A stretch of DNA of 60,578 bases, the filler included, from Convolutriloba macropyga (lineage: Eukaryota): the NCBI RefSeq assembly GCF_964194025.1. It is 3 parts of 3 records of this genome, joined end to end, with 100 filler letters (N's around TTAATTAATTAA, not from the genome) between each part and the next. Parts side by side here need not be neighbours in the genome. Positions count along the whole stretch, not along the records: positions 29,235 to 60,578 come from NC_134477.1; 2 more parts are not named here. One strand, 5' to 3'. How positions within the stretch are numbered: the first letter of the stretch is position 1; every line of letters starts with the position of its first letter. Below are positions 46,266 to 57,670 of the stretch, one piece after another. The notes under the pieces are model-generated. The model worked only from the letters and a program-made list of their open reading frames with translations, did no database searches and was not told the DNA's origin. The position numbers and the translations under genes were made by a program.

Positions 46266-48689
46266 ACACCAATGTCCAAAAATATGTCGAGTCAAATTCG
46301 ATTACTAATACATATTAGAGTTCATTTTGGCCGAGGATCCTTCACAACTGTTTATCTTCTCGTACTTTGTCTGCACCAGGAACAACAGAACCATCAATGT
46401 CAAACGATTGATGATCTATTGGAGCGACGTTGCGTTGGAAAACAAAAAAATAAAGCAACTTGGTTCTATTACGGTGTGATGTTTTTATGCGTACATTCGA
46501 GGTCGTTCGGCAAAAAGATATGGCACGCAATTCTTTGGAAGAAAATTTTTTTTTTTGATTTCTCATGTACTTAAAGCTGAATCTCTAGGTTTGCCCCTGT
46601 TGCTTTTTTGGAAGAAATTTGCATAAATTGCCTATCGAAACGGATGAAAAATCACCTATTCACTATCTAAAACCTCGCGGGAAAATGCATCAAACTAACT
46701 TATCTTCAACCGTCTTTGTGATTTTGTTTAGGTGATTTTGCTCAAACGTGATTTCGTTTACGTGGTTTCTGATGTCCACCGAGTTCAGAGCTTAACAAAA
46801 TTTCTAATACGAAATTTCGTCCAACGACGGTCTGTTCACAAGTGAATCTCTGACTTGTAGTGGCCCAGGCTGAGGTGTGCGCTCGAAATCGCCCTGGTCC
46901 AGACAGTCCCAGACCAAAATTTCCCTGATCGAAACTCAAGCGCGCTCGACTGTCTTCATGCGCAAGTAGTGCACTCTGAACCGCCTATGACCAGACTCAA
47001 GTCCGCTCGACAGTCTCTTTGCGCTCGAATTGTGCTCGACCATTAGTGTGCGGTCGAAATGCGCTCGGCAGTTTCAGTCCGCTCCTGCGCTCGAATCCAC
47101 TTCTGATCAGACTCAACCCCGGTCGAGGTGTCACCGGTAATAACCGGTAAAATAGNNNNNNNNNNNNNNNNNNNNNNNNNNNNNNNNNNNNNNNNNNNNN
47201 NNNNNNNNNNNNNNNNNNNNNNNNNNNNNNNNNNNNNNNNNNNNNNNNNNNNNNNNNNNNNNNNNNNNNNNNNNNNNNNNNNNNNNNNNNNNNNNNNNNN
47301 NNNNNNNNNNNNNNNNNNNNNNNNNNNNNNNNNNNNNNNNNNNNNNNNNNNNNNNNNNNNNNNNNNNNNNNNNNNNNNNNNNNNNNNNNNNNNNNNNNNN
47401 NNNNNNNNNNNNNNNNNNNNNNNNNNNNNNNNNNNNNNNNNNNNNNNNNNNNNNNNNNNNNNNNNNNNNNNNNNNNNNNNNNNNNNNNNNNNNNNNNNNN
47501 NNNNNNNNNNNNNNNNNNNNNNNNNNNNNNNNNNNNNNNNNNNNNNNNNNNNNNNNNNNNNNNNNNNNNNNNNNNNNNNNNNNNNNNNNNNNNNNNNNNN
47601 NNNNNNNNNNGGCAATTTCTTCGACCATTTTCAGAATAGCCGTGAAAAACATTTTACCCAAATTAAGAAGACCATTTTACGAAAAACTTCCGCCTCCCAA
47701 ATTCAGAAGAGGGTTGCCCAAATTCAGAAATGGATTTTTTGACCAATTTCGGAATTGGCCCGGTGCCCATTTTCCTACTCCACTCCTACTACTCCTTGGA
47801 ATTTGGGTAAGTGTTATGGGGATGATGGCCGAATCAGAAATTGGGCTAAAAAGGGTTGTGAAACTCTGACAAAAGAAAGACACTTCTCATTTTCAAGACT
47901 TTCAAAAGTTTAATGATTAAAATGCAAAAATTCGACCAGAAATTTAACAAACACCAAACACGAAAAAAAATTCGCCCAAATTTATGTGGCAGTGCAGGTC
48001 AATTGTTAAACATAACAGGCATAACTTTGACAAACAGCTATAACAAACATGTCTTTCCTCTATTTAAATCGAAGCAGTCGGCAGCAGTTGTGAAGCTAGG
48101 AAATGACTTCCTCGTGATGTATCTGTCCACGTAGGGCGAATTCTAAGATTATGTTGGGCATTCTCTCGAGCAAGCTTCTCATCGTGTTTTGTCTTTCAGA
48201 TTGTGCTAATGATGTTTTCATGGGTTATTTGGCGTGTTTTTCGTTTAATATCAAATCAGTGAAGTCGTTTCCTAAAGATGAACGCATTCAGATCTTGCTA
48301 GAATATTTTGAGATGATTCAAAACTTGCAAGATACTTGCTGCAATCTTGCAAGATATCAACGCAAGAAAACAAGTAAAATAAATTTAAAAACACTCGAGA
48401 AAACTTTTTTGAGACACAATATCGCTAATAAAAAAAGTTACCAAATTGATAATCAAGAGAAATTTTTTTAATCCAGATTCAAAATCTTGCGAGAATCCGG
48501 CAACAATCTTGTGAATTTTTAATTTCTGGCAAACTTTTTTTGATTATTTTGTGAACCTAATTGAAAATCAGCTGAACTGTTTTTCAAGAGCATATCGAAA
48601 TGCAGAACTCATTCTAATTGACTTTTCCTAAATACCGTTCAAACATGAAGATTATGAAAAATTGGGTATATTTGAGGAATTTGTTAAGA

Positions 48690-51130
48690 AGAACTGTCTT
48701 TTTGAAGAACTGCTTGCACTATATCACTGTTTTATCTCAAACATTTTGGCTTTCCAGGAAAAGGAATGGCCTTGAGAGAAGATGTTCTAACCGCCAGTTT
48801 CCTCCATATGTCAAATTTTTGCACCGAAACTCAGTTTCACTTGATAAATTGCCTACTTTTAGAAAAAAAATTATTTGCAAAAAACATAAAAAAAATCCCC
48901 AGTGGGCCATTTGGCCCACTGGGGATTTTTTTTGACCCCTCATCCCAAACCTCTTTTGCGTGCGTCATTTTGCGCTAATAAAAAAATCCAGGCGTATTAC
49001 GGAAAGACAGCCGTATTTCGTTTTGACGTGGAGAGCCGTGAAAAAAAATATTGTTCCTATTAAAAAAAACAATGTTTTTTGCGTTGTTTTGGAAGTTCTG
49101 GCTGCAATTGGACTAGTCTGTTATTTGTGAGTTTCAAGTGTTTTGTTACATTAGCGTTTCATGCATTTGGCGATTTGTAAAGTTACTCTTTTCACAAAAG
49201 TTTTCGAAAAATTTTTCAATGAGATCCTTTTTTGAAGAACTGTTTGCACGATATCACTGTTTTATCTGAAACATTTTGGCTTTCCAGGAAAACAAATGGC
49301 CTTGAGAGAAGATGTGCCAACCGCCAGTTTCCTCCAAATGTCAAATTTTTGCACCGAAACTCAGTTTCACTTGATAAATTGCCTACTTTTAGAAAAAAAA
49401 TTATTTGCAAAAAACATAAAAAAAAATCCCCAGTGGGCCATTTGGCCCACTGGGTATTTTTTTTGACCCCTCATCCCAAACCTCTTTTGCGTGCGTCATT
49501 TTGCGCTAATAAAAAAATCCAGGCGTATTACGGAAAGACAGCCGTATTTCGTTTTGACGTGGAGAGCCGTGAAAAAAAGTATTGTTCCTATTAAAAAAAC
49601 AATGTTTTTTGCGTTGTTTTGGAAGTTCTGGCTGCAATTGGACTAGTCTGTTATTTGTGAGTTTCAAGTGTTTTGTTACATTAGCGTTTCATGCATTTGG
49701 CGATTTGTAAAGTTACTCTTTTCACAAAAGTTTTCGAAAAATTTTTCAATGAGATCCTTTTTTGAAGAACTGTTTGCACAATATCACTGTTTTATCTCAA
49801 ACACTTTGGCTTTCCAGGAAAAGAAATGGCCTTGAGAGAAGATGTGCCAACCGCCAGTTTCCTCCAAATGTCAAATTTTTGCACCGAAACTCAGTTTCAC
49901 TTGATAAATTGCCTACTTTTAGAAAAAAAATTATTTGCAAAAAACATAAAAAAAAATCCCCAGTGGGCCATTTGGCCCACTGGGTATTTTTTTTGACCCC
50001 TCATCCCAAACCTCTTTTGCGTGCGTCATTTTGCGCTAATAAAAAAATCCAGGCGTATTACGGAAAGACAGCCGTATTTCGTTTTGACGTGGAGAGCCGT
50101 GAAAAAAAGTATTGTTCCTATTAAAAAAACAATGTTTTTTGCGTTGTTTTGGAAGTTCTGGCTGCAATTGGACTAGTCTGTTATTTGTGAGTTTCAAGTG
50201 TTTTGTTACATTAGCGTTTCATGCATTTGGCGATTTGTAAAGTTACTCTTTTCACAAAAGTTTTCGAAAAATTTTTCAATGAGATCCTTTTTTGAAGAAC
50301 TGTTTGCACAATATCACTGTTTTATCTCAAACACTTTGGCTTTCCAGGAAAAGAAATGGCCTTGAGAGAAGATGTGCCAACCGCCAGTTTCCTCCAAATG
50401 TCAAATTTTTGCACCGAAACTCAGTTTCACTTGATAAATTGCCTACTTTTAGAAAAAAAATTATTTGCAAAAAACATAAAAAAAAATCCCCAGTGGGCCA
50501 TTTGGCCCACTGGGGATTTTTTTTGACCCCTCATCCCAAACCTCTTTTGCGTGTGTCATTTTGCGCTAATAAAAAATTCCAGGCGTATTACGGAAAGACA
50601 GCCGTATTTCGTTTTGACGTGGAGAGCCATGAAAAAAAAATATTGTTCCTATTAAAAAAACAACTAAAAAACAACGTTTTTTGCGTTTTTTTGGAAGTTC
50701 CGGCTGCAATTGGATTAGTCTGTTATTTGTGAGTTTCAAGTGTTTTGTTACATTAGCGTTTCATGCATTTGGCGATTTGTAAAAACACTCTTTTCACAAA
50801 AGTTTTCGAAAAATTTTTCAATGAGATCCTTTTTTGAAGAACTGTTTGCACGATATCACTGTTTTATCTCAAACATTTTGGCTTTCCAGGACAACGAATT
50901 GCCTTGCAAAAATATTTGCTAACCACCAATTTCCTTCAAGTGTCAAATTTTTGCACCGAAACTCAGTTTCAATTGATAAATTGCCTATTTTTAGAAAAAA
51001 ATTATTTGCAAAAAACATAAAAAAAATCCCCAGTGGGCCATTTGGCCCACTGGGGATTTTTTTTTGACCCCTCATCACAAACCTCTTTTGAGTGCGTCAT
51101 TTTGCGCTAATAAAAAATTCCAGGCTTTTT
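48690..51130 (+). repeat. Array of five ~530-540 bp palindrome-containing subrepeats (unit 1)
   Basis: Palindrome loops at 48910, 49441, 49971, 50501 and 51041. Confidence 0.95.
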
Positions 51131-51279
51131 GCGGAAAAACATTGCTTTAGGGAGAAAAATACCTGGAGAAACGAATTTCAAGGATTCTATGTATTCTGTC
51201 ATCCTGTGGTGTATAAATAGGCGTCCAATGAGTTAAAAATTGTATTTTTGAACTTCTTCAATGTGGGAGATTATATTAA

Positions 51280-52250
51280 AACAATAATTTGCACTTTCTT
51301 TCTCTAAATTTTTGCTCTAGGAAGCAAAAACACCTGGAGAAACGAAATATTTTCAAGTTTTCTATCTATTCTGTCATCCTGAGGGTATTTTTGACCAATT
51401 TTATGATCGACATTATTGCAGTATATAAATTTTTGAAGTTTTTTTGTATTGAAAATTGGGCGAAGATAATAAAACAGGCATTTTTTGGCCGCTTTGAACA
51501 TGAAACGCCTCTTTGAACGCTTAGGTCCAAAAAAGGCAAGATAGAACTAGTGACTGTTTTTTATGAAAAGGTAACAAATATTGTTTTACATTGCTTCATA
51601 TATAGCTCATTTTAAAGCTCATAAAAGAGGACTTGCAGCCATTTTTTTTACTTTTATGAATAAAAGCCTCAAGGGTACCTAAATCGGCATCAAACATAAA
51701 AGAAAAATCGAGTCGTTTATGACTTGGTAAATATTGGCTAAGTCTACCTATTTTTTTAAATAGTACAATAGCTCTATATAAAGTTTCGAAAAGATCTTGT
51801 TTACAAAATTGCGCGATGATAATATAACATGCGTTTTTTGACCGCTTTGACCATGAAACGACCCTTTGAACGCTTAGGCCCAAAATAGACAAGATTCGAT
51901 GTTTGTTTGTTTTACTCAGAACGTAACAAATATTAGCTCAATTTGCGTTTTTTATAGCTCATTTTAATGCATTTCAGATATGCTTTGCAGTCGTATGTTT
52001 TATTTTTTGTAAATGATTGCTTCAAGGGTACCTAAAGTGGCTTCAAAGATAAAAGAAAAATCGAAGCTATTATGACTTGGTAAATAGTGGCTGAGTCCGC
52101 CCACTTTTAAGACTGGTACAATGACCCTATATAAAGTTTTGAAAAGCTCTTGTGTAGACAATTGCGCAAGGAAAAAGAAAAGGGCACTTTTTGACCGTTT
52201 AGGTGCGTTTATGTCTCCTAGAAGCACTGGTCAGCGAGTTGAAATTTCGA
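51280..52250 (+). repeat. Older ~354-bp diverged subrepeat, about three copies (also ~57820-58790)
   Basis: TTTTTG(G/A)CCG...TTAGG block at ~51481, 51835 and 52189; CAAGGGTACCTAAA at ~51670 and 52023. Confidence 0.75.
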
Positions 52251-54051
52251 TTTGTAAATGATGTAAAATTTCTCAACGAATAATCACTCAAGTGAATTGA
52301 TATATAGTCCACTTTGAAGACAAGAATCCCTTTGTTGCAGCCATTAGCTAATTGGGATCGTAAGAGGGCTGTAAGTATCACTTTTTTTCAAAACTGTCAT
52401 TTTTCGTGCTGATTTCTAAAAATTTTTGTAAAAAGTAAAGATATTGGATGTTAATTGAATAACTAACCAAATGAAACACATATCGTTGCAAAGCTCCTAC
52501 ATTGTAGTTGACGTGGACATATTTGTTTGTGTCCAATTTTTGCGTAGAAGATCTCAAGTACAGGATTGATTAGAGAAAAGCAAATTGAAATATTTTTGAT
52601 TTATAGATTTGCAGTAAATGCGAATACTTATATAAAAGCAGAACCATTGGTTCATGTTTTTTTTTCAATGCCATTTGCAGACAAATCTGCTAAGATTATA
52701 AAAATTGCGCTTTTGGACCATTTAGGTACGTTTAGAGTACCTAGAGTATTTTTATATAAGCGGATTGGAATTGGAATAATTTTCCATACCCAAATTCAGA
52801 AAAATTTCGCTGATGCAATCAAAAGCTCTAAATATCACCAAAAACGTTTTTTACAGATTTTTTTTTACTTTAGCCTCATCCCGGTAAAAATAAACACCTG
52901 ATCGCTGCAAAAAAACGAGGCGTAGAACGAATTAAGTCAGTGTCAGTGATCATTCAAAAATGAAAAATTCTAGGACTTCCTTGCAGAAAAATTGTTTCAA
53001 TTTGCCCCCTTCTAGAACTTGTAGGTCTGTTTTTTTAAGGAGACCATCACTGCATTACAGCAGCAATCAAAGGCAGCTTTTTTTAAAAGTTAAATAACTA
53101 TTGCTTTGAAATGGCCTCAAGTTTTCTGATGAACGGTCTGATTTCGAAATTGACATCAACACAACTTCTTAAAAAAAAAACTGTCACTGGCATTTTTTTA
53201 TGGCCGCATTTGTCTCCGGCATGTGCCTAAAATCTCGACTTTCAAATGAGTTGTTTTAGTGGCAAATTCTCATGGGTTCAGGAGAAATGCTGAAGTGGCC
53301 AGACTAAGGGAAACTTCCGCCTCCCAAATTAAGAACGCTTTTTTTTCAACCCTTTTTTTTCAAAATCAATAAGATCATTTGTTTCAAAACTTTGCATATG
53401 AGTTTGTTGTACTAAAGGGAAGGCACATGCAAAATTTCAGGTTTCTATGATGATTTTTGCCAAATCACTTATTTTTGGATCCTTGGGTTTTGCAGGTGAG
53501 GTCTACTAGTACAAACCTGAATCAAAAGATGAAAAAACGGTCGTTTCTAAAAAGACTACGCACTATCTTGCAAATACCAAATATGCTTTAAAGTACTCCG
53601 ACAGGACACATATCAAAAAATTTTTGCAAAAGAACGTGTATTTGCGGAGAAAATGCATTTTCTGGATTTCGCAGTTTTTGTGGTGTTTGGCCGCTTTTGG
53701 TACCCTACTCCGCTTGGTTCATAAATCCTCGAATATTCAATTTAAAACCATCAATCAATTTGCTACGGATTGTGCGTGAGCCGTACTTTATTCAGAATGC
53801 ATTTTTTTTGGAAAAATTGTGAGAAAAAGTCTAAAAAAATACCAAAATTTGCAAAAAAAAAAATTTGAAAAATTTTCGATCAACTTAAAAATGGTCCTAT
53901 GAACTGTTTTTTCGGGGCTTTTTTCGATTTTTGAGCTACAAATACGTTGACCTATTACTTTATGGCATGTGTTTTGGACCCGGAACGCGTTTTCATTGTT
54001 CGCGGGGGTATGCTAAATCCGTGGATTTGGCGGTCCAAATTCAGAAATGCC

Positions 54052-54120
<69 letters not shown>
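54052..54120. repeat. (GTA)23 microsatellite near the junction of the 6.5-kb units
   Basis: Direct reading; flanked by the inverted repeat CCAAATTCAGAAA / TTTCTGAATTTGG. Confidence 0.95.
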
Positions 54121-54121
<1 letters not shown>

Positions 54122-55225
54122 CCTTTTCTGAATTTGGGCAATTTCTTCGACCATTTTCAGAATAGCCGTGAAAAACATTTTACCCAAATTAGGAAGACCA
54201 TTTTACGAAAAACTTCCGCCTCCCAAATTCAGAAGAGGGTTGCCCAAATTCAGAAATGGATTTTTTGACCAATTTCGGAATTGGCCCGGTGCCCATTTTC
54301 CTACTCCACTCCTACTACTCCTTGGAATTTGGGTAAGTGTTATGGGGATGATGGCCGAATCAGAAATTGGGCTAAAAAGGGTTGTGAAACTACGACAAAA
54401 GAAAGACACTTCTCATTTTCAAGACTTTCAAAAGTTTAATGATTAAAATGCAAAAATTCGACCAGAAATTTAACAAACACCAAACACGAAAAAAAATTCG
54501 CCCAAATTTATGTGGCAGTGCAGGTCAATTGTTAAACATAACAGGCATAACTTTGACAAACAGCTATAACAAACATGTCTTTCCTCTATTTAAATCGAAG
54601 CAGTCGGCAGCAGTTGTGAAGCTAGGAAATGACTTCCTCGTGATGTATCTGTCCACGTAGGGCGAATTCTAAGATTATGTTGGGCATTCTCTCGAGCAAG
54701 CTTCTCATCGTGTTTTGGTCTTTCAGATTGTGCTAATGATGTTTTCATGGGTTATTTGGCGTGTTTTGCGTTTATTTTCAAATCAGTGAAGTCGTTTCCT
54801 AAAGATGAACGCATTCAGATCTCGCTAGAATATTTTGAGATGATTCAAAGCTTGCAAGATACTTGCTGCAATCTTGCAAGATATCAACGCAAGAAAACAA
54901 GTAAAATAAATTTAAAAACACTCTAGAAAACTTTTTTGAGACACAATATCGCTAATAAAAACAAGTTACCAAATTGATAATCAAGAGAAATTTTTTTAAT
55001 CCAGATTCAAAATCTTGCGAGAATCCGGCAACAATCTTGAGAATTTTTAATTTCTGGCAAACTTTTTTTGATTATTTTGGGCACCTAATTGAAAATCAGC
55101 TGAACTGTTTTTCAAGAGCATATCGAAATGCAGAACTCATTCTAATTGACTTTTCCTAAATACCGTTCAAACATGAAGATTATGAAAAATTGGGTATATT
55201 TGAGGAATTTGTTAAGAAGAACTGT

Positions 55226-57670
55226 CTTTTTGAAGAACTGTTTGCACTATATCACTGTTTTATCTCAAACATTTTAGCTTTCCAGGAAAACGAATGACCT
55301 TGAGAGAAGATCGGCTAACCGCCAGTTTCCTCCAAATGTCAAATTTTTGAACCGAAACTCAGTTTCACTTGATAAATTGCCTACTTTTAGAAAAAAAATT
55401 ATTTGCAAAAAACATATAAAAAATCCCCAGTGGGCCATTTGGCCCACTGGGGATTTTTTTTGACCCCTCATCCCAAACCTCTTTTGCGTGCGTCATTTTG
55501 CGCTAATAAAAAATTCCAGGCGTATTACGGAAAGACAGCCGTATTTCGTTTTGACTTGGAGAGCCGTGAAAAAAAATATTGTTCCTAATAAAAAAACAAC
55601 TAAAAAAACAACGTTTTTTGCGTTTTTTTGGAAGTTCCGGCTGCAATTGGATTAGTCTGTTATTTGTGAGTTTCAAGTGTTTTGTTACATTAGCGTTTCA
55701 TGCATTTGGCGATTTGTAAAAACACTCTTTTCACAAAAGTTTTCGAAAAATTTTTCAATGAGATCCTTTTTTGAAGAACTGTTTGCACGATATCACTGTT
55801 TTATCTCAAACATTTTGGCTATCCAGGAAGAGAAATGGCCTTGAGAGAAGATCGGCTAACCGCCAGTTTCCTCCAAATGTCAAATTTTTGCACCGAAACT
55901 CAGTTTCACTTGATAAATTGTCTACTTTTAGAAAAAAATGATTTGCAAAAAACATTAAAAAAATCCCCAGTGGGCCATTTGGCCCACTGGGTTTTTTTTG
56001 ACCCCTCATCCCAAACCTCTTTTGCGTGCGTCATTTTGCGCTAATAAAAAATTCGAGGCGTATTACGGAAAGACAGCCGTATTTCGTTTTGACTTGGAGA
56101 GCCGTGAAAAAAAATATTGTTCCTAATAAAAAAACAACTAAAAAAACAACGTTTTTTGCGTTTTTTTGGAAGTTCTGGCCGCAATTGGATTAGTCTTTTA
56201 TTTGTGAGTTTCAAGTGTTTTGTTACATTAGCGTTTCATGCATTTGGCGATTTGTAAAGTTACTCTTTTCACAAAAGTTTTCGATGAGATCCTTTTTTGA
56301 AGAACTGTTTGCACTATATCACTGTTTTATCTCAAACATTTTAGCTTTCCAGGAAAACGAATGACCTTGAGAGAAGATCGGCTAACCGCCAGTTTCCTCC
56401 AAATGTCAAATTTTTGCACCGAAACTCAGTTTCACTTGATAAATTGCCTACTTTTAGAAAAAAAATTATTTGCAAAAAACATAAAAAAATCCCCAGTGGG
56501 CCATTTGGCCCACTGGGGATTTTTTTTTGACCCCTCATCCCAAACCTCTTTTGCGTGCGTCATTTTGTGCTAAAAAAAATTCCAGGCGTATTACGGAAAG
56601 ACAGCCGTATTTCGTTTTGACGTGGAGAGCCGTGAAAAAAAATATTGTTCCTATTAAAAAAACAACTAAAAAACAACGTTTTTTGCGTTTTTTGGAAGTT
56701 CCGGCTGCAATTGGATTAGTCTGTTATTTGTGAGTTTCAAGTGTTTTGTTGCATTAGCGTTTCATGCATTTGGCGATTTGTAAAAACACTCTTTTCACAA
56801 AAGTTTTCGAAAAATTTTTCAATGAGATCCTTTTTTGAAGAACTGTTTGCACGATATCACTGTTTTATCTCCAACATTTTGGCTTTCCAGGAAAAGAAAT
56901 GGCCTTGAGAGAAGATGTGCCAACCGCCAATTTCCTCCAAATGTCAAATTTTTGCACCGAAACTCAGCTTCACTTGATAAATTGCCTACTTAAAAAAAAA
57001 TGATTTGCAAAAAACATTAAAAAAATCCCCAGTGGGCCATTTGGCCCACTGGGGATTTTTTTTTGACCCCTCATCCCAAACCTCTTTTGCGTGCGTCATT
57101 TTGCGCTAATAAAAAATTCGAGGCGTATTACGGAAAGACAGCCGTATTTCGTTTTGACGTGGAGAGCCGTGAAAAAAAATATTGTTCCTATTAAAAAAAC
57201 AACTAAAAAACAACGTTTTTTGCGTTTTTTTGGAAGTTCCGGCTGCAATTGGATTAGTCTGTTATTTGTGAGTTTCAAGTGTTTTGTTACATTAGCGTTT
57301 CATGCATTTGGCGATTTGTAAAGTTACTCTTTTCACAAAAGTTTTCGAAAAATTTTTCAATGAGATCCTTTTTTGAAGAACTGTTTGCACGATATCACTG
57401 TTTTATCTCAAACATTTTGGCTTTCCAGGAAAAGAAATGGCCTTGAGAGAATATGTGCTAACCGCCAGTTTCCTCCAAATGTCAAATTTTTGCACCGAAA
57501 CTCAGTTTCACTTGATAAATTGCCTACTTTTAGAAAAAAAATTATTTGCAAAAAACATAAAAAAATCCCCAGTGGGCCATTTGGCCCACTGGGGATTTTT
57601 TTTGACCCCTCATCCCAAACCTCTTTTGCGTGCGTCATTTTGCGCTAATAAAAAATTCCAGGCTTTTTGC
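55226..57670 (+). repeat. Array of five ~526-540 bp palindrome-containing subrepeats (unit 2)
   Basis: Palindrome loops at 55438, 55978, 56504, 57040 and 57580. Confidence 0.95.

Noticed and set aside
54052-54120. (AGT)n as a Polinton terminal repeat
   Set aside because: It is 45 kb from the Polinton genes, embedded in the tandem unit, and has no matching inverted partner.
48690-57670. Palindromic repeats as a CRISPR-like array
   Set aside because: The intervening ~490 bp are near-identical copies rather than unique spacers; the context is eukaryotic and no cas genes are present.
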